DNA of 64,000 bases from assembly GCA_965206645.1 (NCBI GenBank), contig CBDBKE010000004.1, forward strand, positions 1,376,001-1,440,000, given 5' to 3'. Positions 10,060 to 20,004 of this stretch are shown piece after piece. Both the position numbers and the translations under genes were made by a program. Source of the DNA: Terriglobia bacterium (GTDB taxonomy: Bacteria > Acidobacteriota > Terriglobia > JAJPHL01 > JAPKYU01). Each line of letters begins with the position of its first letter. The stretch's first letter is position 1. The notes under the pieces are model-generated. The model made no database searches and was not told the origin of the DNA. It worked only from the letters and a program-made list of their open reading frames with translations.

Positions 10060-10941
10060 TCACGTGAAGACGCCTTTCAGCCAGCCCCACAAGCCTTTCC
10101 GTGAAGCGTCCTTGAGCCGCACCACGACCACGGTGATATTGTCCGCGCCACCGTTGTCGTTGGCGATTTCTACCAGCCGGTCGCAGGCCTGCTTGGGAGT
10201 TTGGGCCTCGCCGATCACCTGGGCGATACCCGACTCGGTGATCATTCGAGTGAGCCCGTCGGAACAGAGAAGCACCTGATCCCCTGGCGTGACGAACACC
10301 TCGTCCAGATCCACAGTCACGTTTTCCTCGGTGCCCAGGGCGCGGATCAGGACATTCTGCATTTCGCTTTGTTCGGCTTCTTCCCTGGTCATCAGGCCGC
10401 GCCGCACTTGCTCCATGACCAGCGAGTGGTCCTCGGTCAGTTGCTGGAGTTGGCCGCCGTGCAACAGAAAAATGCGGCTATCGCCCACGTGGGCGATGCT
10501 CAGAACCGGCCCCTGTAACAGGGCGGCGTCTACGGTGGCGCCCATCCCGCGCTGGCTGGCGTGCTGCTGTGCCGCCTCCCAGATGACCCGATTGGAGCGG
10601 CGGAGCGCAGCGGCTAACTGGTTTGTGTCTTCGGAGAACTGCGGGTTGGGGTCGCCCGATAGCGGGGCGCTTCCGTTGCGCGCCAGCTCTTTCATGTGCC
10701 GGCTGATTTCTTCGACAGCAATCCTGCTGGCCAGCTCGCCCGCCGCCTCGCCGCCCATTCCATCGGAAAGCACGAACAGGCCGAGCTCGGGAACGATGCT
10801 GAAGTTATCTTCGTTGTTAGACCGGTGGCGGCCAATGTCGGTTCGCGCCCCCACCTCAAATTCGGCCGTTGAGGCGGAGAATGCCGTCTCTCCCGCCGCT
10901 TCGGCGGATGCCCCTTCGGACTTCACGATCCGTACTCGCAT
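10060..10941 (-). CDS. PP2C-family Ser/Thr protein phosphatase (Stp1-like)
   Basis: RSNNED, SDGMGG, HVGDSR, LCSDGL, GGADNIT motifs. Confidence 0.95.
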   Translation of the reverse strand: MRVRIVKSEGASAEAAGETAFSASTAEFEVGARTDIGRHRSNNEDNFSIVPELGLFVLSDGMGGEAAGELASRIAVEEISRHMKELARNGSAPLSGDPNPQFSEDTNQLAAALRRSNRVIWEAAQQHASQRGMGATVDAALLQGPVLSIAHVGDSRIFLLHGGQLQQLTEDHSLVMEQVRRGLMTREEAEQSEMQNVLIRALGTEENVTVDLDEVFVTPGDQVLLCSDGLTRMITESGIAQVIGEAQTPKQACDRLVEIANDNGGADNITVVVVRLKDASRKGLWGWLKGVFT

Positions 10942-11163
10942 GTTTGCGCAGGGCGTGAGCCGATGCTTGTACTCACTCAGCCGGCGCCGAACGCGACTTC
11001 CAAGCCTTCATCCGCCCAGCAGAACCGCGCGGAGAGGACGTTTCTGAGCGAAGCGGGGGGATTGTAGCAAAAGCGCGCACGCGCTTGCAACCTATCCCAA
11101 TGCACGGCTGTGGGTCACTGCTGCTTCCAGTTCCTCGCAATGTTTGCGAGTTCCCGGCAACCG

Positions 11164-11619
11164 CTAGGAGCTGGGGGGATGGCGGGCTGTCGCCTGCAGG
11201 GCTTTTCCCACCACCCGCAGGGTTTCCGGGCGGAGGTGGTATTCGGCCAGCTCAGAGGGAGCGACCCAGCGGCACTCGCTAACGTCGGTGGCCGCCCGGG
11301 GATCTTGCGGTCCCGAGCGTTCTACCCGACACAGGTAGTCAATCAGCACGTAGTGGTAGCGGATGCGGCCAGCCTCATCCTGCACGATGCGGTCGAGCAC
11401 CTCCAACAGTTCCAGCGGCGTGACCTCCAGCCCTGTTTCCTCTTGCAGTTCTCGCCGCAGAGCTTCCTCCAGCGTTTCGCCCACCTTGAGAGCGCCGCCG
11501 GGAATGGACCATTCGCCCAGCAGCGGAGCGCGACCGCGCTGGACCAATAGCACGCGACCCTGTTCAACCACCACACCCCCCACGCCGACAATCGGCCGTT
11601 CCGGGTACTCGCGGCTCAC
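11164..11619 (-). CDS. NUDIX hydrolase
   Basis: Nudix box GGALKVGETLEEALRRELQEETGL; GTG start (SREYPERP). Confidence 0.92.
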   Translation of the reverse strand: MSREYPERPIVGVGGVVVEQGRVLLVQRGRAPLLGEWSIPGGALKVGETLEEALRRELQEETGLEVTPLELLEVLDRIVQDEAGRIRYHYVLIDYLCRVERSGPQDPRAATDVSECRWVAPSELAEYHLRPETLRVVGKALQATARHPPSS

Positions 11620-11753
11620 GGCGAACCGACCTCCTCGACCCGGCGCGAAACCACCTCCCAGCGCCACTGGATTTCCTCACGCAGCGTGGCGACCGGCACA
11701 CAAGGGGGGAGCGCGGGCAGCGCGTCGTGGATCACCCGAATCAAATGACGCAT
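11616..11753 (-). CDS. Possible 45-aa small protein coupled to the NUDIX gene
   Basis: Its TGA stop overlaps the NUDIX GTG start (GTGA); no family recognised. Confidence 0.3.
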   Translation of the reverse strand: MRHLIRVIHDALPALPPCVPVATLREEIQWRWEVVSRRVEEVGSP

Positions 11754-11898
11754 GGTTTGACGTATGGTTCCGCCAACGCTAGCCCTCGGCCAGGCAAAAG
11801 AGGCAGCCCGGCGGCGAGCCGCAGGCGAGCCCATGTTATCCGCAAGCTAAGGTGCCGGGCAATCGCGCGAGCAGAAACTGGTATCGGAAAAAGACCTC

Positions 11899-11926
11899 TT
11901 GACCCGCCTCTCACGGGTCATATATT
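11899..11926 (+). promoter_or_regulatory. Sigma70-like promoter with an embedded inverted repeat
   Basis: TTGACC-16 nt-TATATT; TGACCCG-N7-CGGGTCA spans 11900..11920. Confidence 0.55.
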
Positions 11927-11998
11927 AGTCCGAGGGCCGGCGTGGCTACAGGGTTTGCAACCGCCGGCCGGTCGTCGTCTTCTCCGACGGAGGTATCG

Positions 11999-12205
11999 AT
12001 GCCAAGTTGCCCTGACTGCGAAGCCAAGTTGGACGTGGAAGAGGACGAGGTTGAGCAAGGCGAAGTGATCAACTGCCCCGAGTGCGGAGTTGAACTGGAG
12101 GTGCTCAACACCAATCCCCTCGAGGTGAAGCAGATCGAGGAGGAGGAGGAGGAGGAGGAGGAGGAGGAAGAGAAAGAAGAAGAGGAAGAAGAGGACCAGT
12201 CGTGA
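11999..12205 (+). CDS. LysW-like zinc-ribbon protein with poly-Glu tail
   Basis: CPDC...CPECGVELEV; acidic tail encoded by a GAG/GAA run; ends EEDQS; RBS GGAGG. Confidence 0.8.
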   Translation: MPSCPDCEAKLDVEEDEVEQGEVINCPECGVELEVLNTNPLEVKQIEEEEEEEEEEEEKEEEEEEDQS

Positions 12206-12447
12206 GACACGTAAAACGCGTACCGGAATCCGGCCCGGAATCTGGCAACGCGGACGCCCGTGGTGAACTCGTTGTACGCCTCCCGGCGGCCTCCGCCGTC
12301 TATGTCATCGAGGCCACCGCGCCTGGGTTCACTTGTGACTCCGAGGAACTCTGCTCTGTCGCCGACGAGCGGCAGGACGTGGTGCTGCACATCATCACGC
12401 CAGCAGAAATAAACAGGCGGCCGGGCCAAAGGGGGATCGCACCATGA
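12202..12447 (+). pseudogene. Short, probably degenerate carboxypeptidase-regulatory-like domain gene
   Basis: ADARGELVVRLPA...YVIEATAPGF...ERQDVVLH resembles the C-terminal half of the domain; no signal peptide; overlaps both neighbours by 4 nt. Confidence 0.4.
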
Positions 12448-12806
12448 AGCGGAAATTCTGGATGCCAGCGGCTCTTGTAACGCTGGCTCTCACGTTGGCG
12501 TCAGCGTTGCCGGCTCAAAAAAAGAAAAAAGGGGAGAGCACCCGCTCCCTGCACGGGATTGTGGTCGACAAGAGCGACACGCCGCTGGAGAAGGCAGTCG
12601 TCTACTTGAAGAACACCAGAAACCTTCGCGTGCGCACCCACATCGCGGACAAAGAAGGCGCGTTTCGTTTTCACGGGCTAAGCTTTAATGTGGACTATCA
12701 GGTGCGGGCCCAGCACCAAGGGGCCTCCAGCCGCACCAAGACCATCAGCTCGTTTAGCACTCGCCCGGAAGTCCACATCACCCTTAAGATAGACCGCAAA
12801 GAGTAG
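12444..12806 (+). CDS. Secreted carboxypeptidase-regulatory-like domain protein
   Basis: Signal peptide, then LHGIVVDKSDTPLEKAVVYL...EGAFRFHGL...DYQVRA. Confidence 0.8.
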   Translation: MKRKFWMPAALVTLALTLASALPAQKKKKGESTRSLHGIVVDKSDTPLEKAVVYLKNTRNLRVRTHIADKEGAFRFHGLSFNVDYQVRAQHQGASSRTKTISSFSTRPEVHITLKIDRKE

Positions 12807-12865
12807 CCAATCCCAGCCCGAAGGTGCAGGCCAGGCGCGCCGCAGGGCTATGTTAGGCTGAACGT

Positions 12866-13758
12866 GTGCCGGGCGCGGAGCCGTTGGCGTTGATCTACAA
12901 CCCCGCCGCTGGGGCCAGCTCCGTCTGCGACGCCGCAGGGTGGAGGAAGTGGTTGCGGCGCTGCGTCGCTATGGCGGCGATCCCGAACTGTTGCCGAGCC
13001 GAGGGCCGCAGGACGGCTTCGTGCGTGGCGAAGAAGCCGGACGTCGGTTTTCGATCGTGGCCGTCCTGGGCGGCGACGGCACGGTGAACGAAGTGCTCAA
13101 CGGCCTAGTCGCGGCCGGCGGCGCAGCGCGCCTGTTGGTGTTGCCGGCAGGCTCGGTCAATGTACTGGCGCGCGACCTCCGCATCCCGCTGGACGCCTGC
13201 CGAGCCGCGGCGCTGCTGCGTGAGGGCGTGGACCGCCGCCTGTACCTGGGCCGTGCCGGCAAGCGCTACTTCGCGCTGATGGCCGGCGCCGGCGTGGACG
13301 CCTCCATCGTCAGGCGTCTGGGCCGGGGCTGGTTGAAACGCCGGCTTGGGCGGGTGGCGTTTGCGCTAGAAGGTATCCGCCATAGCGTGGCCTACGACTT
13401 CCCTCGACTCACTGTTTCCTGCGACGGGGGAGAGTGGGGCGGCTACCTTGCCGTGGTGGGCAATTCTCCGGGCTACGCCGGCTGGTTCTCGGTGACGCCG
13501 GCGGCCGACCTCGGCCAGCCCGGCTTCCAGGTCGCTGTTTGTACCACTGCCCGCGCGGTGAAGTATTTTTACTTCGCTGGACTGGCTCTTACCGGCGGGC
13601 TCCCCCGCAGCCGCGACTTCGTTTATTTCAATGCCACGCGCCTCCGGATTTCCTCCGATCGGCTGGCCTACGTTCAGGTGGACGGCGAGCCCCACGATCC
13701 GCTGCCGATGGAGTTCTCGAGCGATGGCACGTCGCTGCGCTTCTTAGTCCCACCGTAG
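12866..13758 (+). pseudogene. Diacylglycerol/lipid kinase family (YegS-like), frameshifted near 12911
   Basis: LIYNPAAG is in one frame; GGDGTVNEV, PAGSVN and QVDGE are in another. One extra G in GGGG (12911..12914) would join them. Confidence 0.8.
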
Positions 13759-13811
13759 AAGACACTGGCTCGAGAGCCGCCCCTTGCGGGCGGCGCTCTT
13801 AAGGGTACCTA

Positions 13812-15281
13812 TCAGGAAAGGGTGAAGCCGCCGGAGTGCTCGAAGGCGTGAGCGGCTCGCAGCATGGCCGTCTCGTTGAAGTGCCTCGCCAGAATCTGCA
13901 TGCCCACCGGGAGCCGCGCTCGGGTGACGCCGCAGGGTACGTTGATGCCGGGAATGCCGGCCAGGCTGGCGGTAATGGTGTAGATGTCGGACAGGTACAT
14001 CTTCAGCGGATCGTTAATCTTTTCGCCCAGGCGAAACGCCGGAGTGGGCGCGGTGGGGGTGACAATCACGTCTACCTCACGGAACGCCTCAGTGAAGTCG
14101 CGGGCCACCAGCGCCCGCACCTTTTGCGCTTTCCGGTAATAGGCGTCGTAGTAGCCGGCACTGAGCGCGTAGGTGCCGAGCATGATGCGCCGCTTCACTT
14201 CCGTCCCAAACCCCTTGCCGCGCGTGCCCCGGTAAAAGTCCACGAGCGAGCTGGAGGCGCTGCCGGGGGAGCGGAACCCGTAGCGCACGCCGTCGTAGCG
14301 GGCCAAGTTGGAGCTGGCCTCGGCCGTGCAGATGATGTAGTAGCAGGCGATGGCGTAGTCGGTGTGGGGGAGATGGATCTCCCGTATTTCGGCGCCCAGC
14401 ACTCGCATCCGCTCGATGCCCTGCTGCAACCGGCCACCCACTTCGGCGTCCAGGCCAGTAGGAAAATACTCACGCGGCACCCCTACACGAAAGCCGCGCA
14501 GGTCAGATGCTTCGGGCCGCTCCAGCTCGGCCAAGTAGTCTGGCACGGGCACATCGGCCGAGGTGGAATCCTGTGGATCGCTTCCCGCCATCACACCCAG
14601 CACGGTGGCAGCGTCCTTGACGGTCTTCCCGAACGGCCCGATATGGTCGAGCGAGGAGGCAAACGCCACCAGGCCGTAGCGAGAGACGCGCCCATAAGTT
14701 CCCATGAGCCCCACAACCCCGCAGAAGGAAGCTGGCTGGCGGATGGAGCCGCCCGTGTCGGAGCCCAGCGCCACCACGCAGGTGTCGGAGGCGACGGCGG
14801 CCGCCGAGCCCCCGCTGGAGCCGCCCGGCACCCGCTCCAGGTCGTGCGGATTACGGACCGGATGGAAGGCGGAGTTCTCGCTGGAGGAGCCCATCGCAAA
14901 CTCGTCGCAATTCGTTTTGCCGATGATCACCGCCCCGGCCCGTTCCAACCGCTCGACCGCCGTCGCATCATAAGGAGGGATGTAGTCGGCCAGCATGCGC
15001 GAGGCGCAGGTGCTGCGCAACCCGCGAGTGACAATGACGTCCTTCACCGCCAGGGGTACTCCGGCCAGCAATGGAAGGGTCTCGCCGCGCGCCTGCAGCG
15101 CGTCCACCCGGCGGGCCTGTTCCAGCGCGCGCTCCGGTGAGAAGCTGAGGTATGCTCCGTTCTTCTGATTTTCCTGCTGTGCGTGGGCCAGGGCCTGCTC
15201 GGCCAGCGCCACGGCTGTGGTTCCGCCTTCGTGCAGCGCCCTTCGAACCCCGGTCAGGGTCAGCCCCTTCAGTTCCACCAC
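13812..15281 (-). CDS. gatA: Asp/Glu-tRNA amidotransferase subunit A
   Basis: Amidase signature GGSSGGS, GSDTGGSIRQPA, SSNLARYDG. Confidence 0.97.
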   Translation of the reverse strand: MVELKGLTLTGVRRALHEGGTTAVALAEQALAHAQQENQKNGAYLSFSPERALEQARRVDALQARGETLPLLAGVPLAVKDVIVTRGLRSTCASRMLADYIPPYDATAVERLERAGAVIIGKTNCDEFAMGSSSENSAFHPVRNPHDLERVPGGSSGGSAAAVASDTCVVALGSDTGGSIRQPASFCGVVGLMGTYGRVSRYGLVAFASSLDHIGPFGKTVKDAATVLGVMAGSDPQDSTSADVPVPDYLAELERPEASDLRGFRVGVPREYFPTGLDAEVGGRLQQGIERMRVLGAEIREIHLPHTDYAIACYYIICTAEASSNLARYDGVRYGFRSPGSASSSLVDFYRGTRGKGFGTEVKRRIMLGTYALSAGYYDAYYRKAQKVRALVARDFTEAFREVDVIVTPTAPTPAFRLGEKINDPLKMYLSDIYTITASLAGIPGINVPCGVTRARLPVGMQILARHFNETAMLRAAHAFEHSGGFTLS

Positions 15282-15590
15282 TTATCTCTCGAACACCTTG
15301 GGGACTTTGAAGTGGCCGGCGCCATGCTCAGGCGCGTTGGCCAGCGCCGTCTCAGAAGGAAAACCCGGGCGGGCGGCGTCCTCGCGCAGAGTCGCCTCTG
15401 GTTGCAGGTCGGCAGCTTCGTGCAGTACCTGGGCCATGGGCTCAACCGCCGAGGTGTCCAGCTCGTTGAGTTTCTCCATGGACTCCAGGATGGCGTTTAG
15501 TTGCGGGACAAACTCGGCGATTTCCTCGGAGCTCAGCTCGAGGTTGGCCAGCTGGGCCACATACAGGACGTCGGTTTCGCTGATTTTCAC
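15282..15590 (-). CDS. gatC: Asp/Glu-tRNA amidotransferase subunit C
   Basis: VAQLANLEL...LRED...ALANAPE...FKVPKV; abuts gatA. Confidence 0.93.
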   Translation of the reverse strand: MKISETDVLYVAQLANLELSSEEIAEFVPQLNAILESMEKLNELDTSAVEPMAQVLHEAADLQPEATLREDAARPGFPSETALANAPEHGAGHFKVPKVFER

Positions 15591-15645
15591 CCTGCCACCT
15601 GCTGGGTTACCCGGTGGGTCACCGGCCGGGGCACCCGCTGGCCGC

Positions 15646-16098
15646 TCATCCTTCCCGCAGCATCTTCTGCGAAGCACGGAGAAACAGCGCGCGCAATTCC
15701 GGATCGGCGATCGCGCGGGCCGAATCTTCCAGTTGGGCGTCCCGAGCGGGCGCCTCCTCCCGCGCCGGGCCTTTGCGAGGTGGCGGCTGAGCGGAACTGG
15801 CTGAGGCTGCCAGGCTCGCATCCACGCGAAGATCTATTCCCGTCACCAGGCGCTGTCCCAGCAGCCGGTTGACGCGAGCCAGCAGTTGTCTCTCCAGTCG
15901 CCGCAGTTGCTTCTGCCAGGCGCGGTCCGGCACGTGCACGATCAGAGTTTCCCGGTAGAGTTGAAACACCTGGGAGCGCGCGGCGATCTGGCGGCCCACC
16001 AAGTGCGGCCATACCGACCGCACGATCTCTTCCACCGGCAGGTGCTTCTGCGGCTGCTTGCGCAGCAAATGAGGCAACAGCGCGTGCAGCGGTCTCAT
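15646..16098 (-). CDS. dciA: DUF721/DciA-family protein
   Basis: WPHLVGRQIAARS...LIVHVPDRAWQKQL pattern. Confidence 0.75.
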   Translation of the reverse strand: MRPLHALLPHLLRKQPQKHLPVEEIVRSVWPHLVGRQIAARSQVFQLYRETLIVHVPDRAWQKQLRRLERQLLARVNRLLGQRLVTGIDLRVDASLAASASSAQPPPRKGPAREEAPARDAQLEDSARAIADPELRALFLRASQKMLREG

Positions 16099-16250
16099 GG
16101 CTCTACGTTAATTGCTGCGGCCACCGGTTTGCCCGCGACCAGCTCCGCCATCTCCGGATCATCCAGCTTTTCAAAGGTTTCCTTCCCCGTGACCCGAAGG
16201 TTTCCCTCCGCATCGTGTGCTAAGTTTACTTAAGGAAGGTGCATTCTACC

Positions 16251-16898
16251 ATGCCGGACCTGTCGCACCACAAACCACAGGAAGAGCACGGCAACGAATC
16301 GGTGTTGCTGGCTTCAGCTTCACCGCGACGCCAAGACCTGCTGCAAGCGGCCGGCATTCGCTTCGAGGCAGTCGCCAGCAACATCCCGGAAGTGATGCAG
16401 CCCGGCGAAACGGCGGAACAATTTGTCTGCCGCATGGCCGTGGCCAAGGCAGAGCAGGTGGCAACCGACAGGGGTGGTGAAGCCCGGCTCATTGTGGCCG
16501 CGGACACGGTAGTAGTGGTGAACCAGACGCTGGTGAACCAGACGCTGGTGAACCAAACGGTGCTGGGCAAGCCGGATTCGGCCTCGAGCGCCGCGTCCAT
16601 GTTGCGACTACTCGGTGGCCGCACCCACGTTGTGCTGACCGGCCTCTGCGTGCTAGAAGCGCGCGGCGGGCGCCGCTGGGTGGAAGCGGTGCGTACCCAG
16701 GTGCGGTTTGGTCCACTGACGGAAGCAGAAATCAGCCAGTACGTGGCCACCGGCGAGCCACTGGACAAAGCCGGCGCCTACGCCATTCAGGGCCTGGCTT
16801 CCAAATTTGTCGAGTGGATTGAGGGTTGTTACTTCAACGTGGTGGGACTGCCTGTGCCCACGCTCTACCGCATGCTCAAACAGGCACGTCCGTCTTGA
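16251..16898 (+). CDS. maf: Maf-family nucleotide pyrophosphatase
   Basis: LASASPRR, AADTVV, LGKP, DKAGAYAIQG, NVVGLP. Confidence 0.95.
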   Translation: MPDLSHHKPQEEHGNESVLLASASPRRQDLLQAAGIRFEAVASNIPEVMQPGETAEQFVCRMAVAKAEQVATDRGGEARLIVAADTVVVVNQTLVNQTLVNQTVLGKPDSASSAASMLRLLGGRTHVVLTGLCVLEARGGRRWVEAVRTQVRFGPLTEAEISQYVATGEPLDKAGAYAIQGLASKFVEWIEGCYFNVVGLPVPTLYRMLKQARPS

Positions 16899-16955
16899 CC
16901 ATGCGCGGGAGCCGGCCGCGAGCACTCACGGCAGAGTTGGGCCGTCTCAGGAAGC

Positions 16956-17144
16956 TCACTCGGGCTTGTCATTCGCGCCGCGCGGTTCCTCAGGCTTGTC
17001 CTCACCACCGCGCAGGGCCTGCTTGAAGTTCTTGATGCCCTCGCCGATTCCCTTGCCCAGTTCGGGAAGCTTGCGGCCGCCGAAGATCAGCACAGCGATC
17101 CCGAGGATCACCATCAGTTCGGGTAAGCCAATGCGGAACGGCAC
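16956..17144 (-). CDS. tatA: Twin-arginine translocase TatA/E
   Basis: [10 protein letters not shown]...[22 protein letters not shown]; RBS AGGAGG. Confidence 0.95.
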   Translation of the reverse strand: MPFRIGLPELMVILGIAVLIFGGRKLPELGKGIGEGIKNFKQALRGGEDKPEEPRGANDKPE

Positions 17145-17205
17145 AATTTACCTCCTTTCTGTATTGTATCGCAGAAAGCTGCGGTACAAGCCCGGAATCC
17201 TGTGA

Positions 17206-17297
17206 AAACCAGGAGGCAGCAGGCCGAGCGTCGGTGAGCGCTAGGGAGCAGTTAGCAGGTACTGCTTACTGCCTACTGCCCACTGCCTCCTGGGTTT
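17206..17297. repeat. About 90 bp palindromic element with heptamer tandem repeats
   Basis: CCAGGAGGCAG (17209..17219) pairs with CTGCCTCCTGG (17283..17293); ACTGCYY x4 at 17261..17288. Confidence 0.7.
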
Positions 17298-18939
17298 AGC
17301 GGCCCCGGACCAGCGCCAGGCAGATGCGGTCAATCAAACGGGTGATCCGACGGCCGCGAACCTTGTGGTTGTTGACCATGATGGAAAACGCCAGGCACAC
17401 TCCCTTCTGTGTGGTGGTCTGTGTGGTGGCATAGCCAGAGAGCACAGTGACGTGCCCTAGCATGCCGGTCTTGGCCAGCACGCGGCCCGTCGCGGCAGTG
17501 TTGCGCAAGCGCCGCTTGAGGGTGCCGTCCACGCCCGCGACCGGAAGCAGGTCCAGCCAGGTATCCCGGAATCGCCGCCGGTCCATGTACTGCAGTAACG
17601 CCACAACGGCGGTGGGCGTCACCAGGTTCCGACGCGAAAGCCCTGACCCGTCGAAGAACAGATACTCATCCTTGGGAACGCCCGCCCGGTTCAGAAACTC
17701 CTTGAGTTCTTCCATCGCGGCGGCCACGCTGCCAATGCCGCGCCGCTCGCGGGCAACCGTGCGCAACAAGATTTCGGCATGCAGGTTTTGGCTGACCTTG
17801 TTGACCACCTTCAGGTCTTCCACCAGCGGGTGAGACTGGTGGCTGGCCAGCACCCGGCGACTGGAGATTTCCACCGGGATCGGGGGCTCGCCGACGGTCT
17901 TCAAATCCTCAAACTCGGAGGGGTGAGCGTGCCGGACACGCACCTGCCCATCAACCACGACACCGCGCTGCCGCAGTGCTGCGTGCAAGTACTTGCCGGC
18001 AAACAAAGCCGGGTCCTCCAGCGCCACCTCTTCGCGGGCTCCCCGGCCGCCCATCGGAATGCGTCCCCACAGCTTCAGCGTGTAGCTGCCCGGCTCTCGG
18101 CGGACGGAGATGCGGCGCGTGGCGCCGTCACCGCCAGCCTTCGAGACCGAGGGCCGCCGGGCCGATCGCCGCCCGCGCGCTAGCACCGTGACCACCCGAT
18201 TCTCGATGCGGTAGTAGTCCTGGGAGGGCTCGAGCTTGACCATCGCCGGGTCTCCGGGCCTCTCGCCCGGCAGCACCTCCACGGCCAAGACGTTGTCGTT
18301 CACACTGAGCGCCGAGACCGGCGCCCCGTAGGACCAAAGCAGATCGTCGTAGGTCCAGCCTTTCCCATAGCGCTCGAAGACGAAGTAGGTATCGTCGGCC
18401 ACCAGGTCTCCACTCACGTGGTGGATGCCGCGGGCGGCGACCTGCTCGGCCAGCTCGTCCAGCGCCCGAAGCGGCGGCCCTTTGCTCCGGGTCTTTCCCT
18501 TGTAAGGCAGGACGCGCGCCGAAATGTTGGGATCGCCGCGGCCCACCAGCCACAGGTCGCCGGCGATCCGCCCGTTCGCGTCCGGCGCTACTTCGCTTTC
18601 CACCGTGGTGTAGAAGCGGAACTGCGGCCCCAGGGTGGCCAGCGCCAGTGCTGTGGTGAACAGTTTGCTATTTGAGGCCGGCGTGAAGAACTTCTGAGAG
18701 TTGTGCGCGTAGAGAGTCTTGCCGGTCTTTAGCGAGACAACCTTGACGCCCCAGTGTGCGCGGCGGGCGTCAGGCTCCGCCAGAATCGCGGCGATGCGCC
18801 GGCGGAGGCTGCTGGCCGCTGGCGGCGCCTTCGGCTTGGCTAGCGGCGCTTTCGGCTTGGCCGGCACGGCGGCTGAGGCCAGCACGGCCACCGCAAGCCA
18901 TACAGCCAGCAGATATCGGCTCTTCCGATCGGCCCACAT
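17296..18939 (-). CDS. dacB: D-Ala-D-Ala carboxypeptidase/endopeptidase (PBP4 family)
   Basis: PASNSK (SxxK), SQN, DGSGLSR, AKTG; signal peptide. Confidence 0.93.
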   Translation of the reverse strand: MWADRKSRYLLAVWLAVAVLASAAVPAKPKAPLAKPKAPPAASSLRRRIAAILAEPDARRAHWGVKVVSLKTGKTLYAHNSQKFFTPASNSKLFTTALALATLGPQFRFYTTVESEVAPDANGRIAGDLWLVGRGDPNISARVLPYKGKTRSKGPPLRALDELAEQVAARGIHHVSGDLVADDTYFVFERYGKGWTYDDLLWSYGAPVSALSVNDNVLAVEVLPGERPGDPAMVKLEPSQDYYRIENRVVTVLARGRRSARRPSVSKAGGDGATRRISVRREPGSYTLKLWGRIPMGGRGAREEVALEDPALFAGKYLHAALRQRGVVVDGQVRVRHAHPSEFEDLKTVGEPPIPVEISSRRVLASHQSHPLVEDLKVVNKVSQNLHAEILLRTVARERRGIGSVAAAMEELKEFLNRAGVPKDEYLFFDGSGLSRRNLVTPTAVVALLQYMDRRRFRDTWLDLLPVAGVDGTLKRRLRNTAATGRVLAKTGMLGHVTVLSGYATTQTTTQKGVCLAFSIMVNNHKVRGRRITRLIDRICLALVRGR

Positions 18940-18949
18940 TGCGAGTCCT

Positions 18950-19918
18950 TCAGAGCAGCTTCGCTGCTTCCTTGGCGAAGTAGGTCAGGACGATATCCGC
19001 GCCAGCGCGCCGGATGGCCACCAGCGACTCCATCATTGCGCGCTCGCAGTCGATCCACCCGAGCCGTCCGGCCGCCAGGATCATGGAATACTCGCCGCTG
19101 ACCTGGTAGGCCGCCACCGGCACTCGAAACTCCTGACGGACGCGGCAGATCACGTCCAGATAGGGCATCGCCGGCTTGACCATGACCAGGTCGGCGCCTT
19201 CCTCGATGTCCAGCGCCACTTCGCGCAGCGCCTCGCGCTGGTTGGCCGGATCCATCTGGTAGGAGCGCCGGTCGCCGAACTGCGGCGTCGAATTGGCCGC
19301 CTCGCGGAATGGGCCATAGAACACCGAAGCGTACTTGGCGGCATAGGAGAGGATAGCGACCTGGTTGAAGCCGGCTGCGTCCAGGGCGCTGCGAACGGCG
19401 GCCACGCGGCCATCCATCATGTCCGAGGGCGCTACGATGTCGGCACCGGCGCGCGCCTGCGACACCGCGGTCCGCGCCAGCAACTCCAGGGTGGCGTCGT
19501 TGTCCACCTCGCCGTTGCGGATGCGCCCGCAGTGTCCGTGGCTGGTGTACTCACAGAGGCACACATCGGTCATCACCAGCAGTTCGGGAACCGCCCGCTT
19601 GATGGCATCCACGCCCCGCTGCACGATCCCGTCGTCCTGGTAGGCGCCCGAACCTTCCTCGTCCTTGCTCTCCGGCAGGCCGAATAGCAGCACCGCCGGG
19701 ATGCCCAGGTCGGCCACTTCTCGGCATTCCCCGGCAAGGCGATCCACCGAGAAATGGTATTGGTTCGGCATGGAGCGAATCTCCTGTCGCACTCCGCTGC
19801 CCGGGCAAATAAACAGGGGATAGACCAGATTGCGCGGCGACAGCCGGGTCTCCCGCACGAAGGCGCGCAACAGCTCGCTGCGCCGCAGACGTCGGGGCCG
19901 CGTGGTGGGAAACGCCAT
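18950..19918 (-). CDS. hemB: Porphobilinogen synthase
   Basis: [34 protein letters not shown]. Confidence 0.97.
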   Translation of the reverse strand: MAFPTTRPRRLRRSELLRAFVRETRLSPRNLVYPLFICPGSGVRQEIRSMPNQYHFSVDRLAGECREVADLGIPAVLLFGLPESKDEEGSGAYQDDGIVQRGVDAIKRAVPELLVMTDVCLCEYTSHGHCGRIRNGEVDNDATLELLARTAVSQARAGADIVAPSDMMDGRVAAVRSALDAAGFNQVAILSYAAKYASVFYGPFREAANSTPQFGDRRSYQMDPANQREALREVALDIEEGADLVMVKPAMPYLDVICRVRQEFRVPVAAYQVSGEYSMILAAGRLGWIDCERAMMESLVAIRRAGADIVLTYFAKEAAKLL

Positions 19919-20004
19919 CCTAAAGATGATACCACGCGGCGATCGCGGTCCCAGATCGCTGTGATACAAGCTGTGCTACAAGAGAGGGCGGACAGGAACG
20001 CCGG

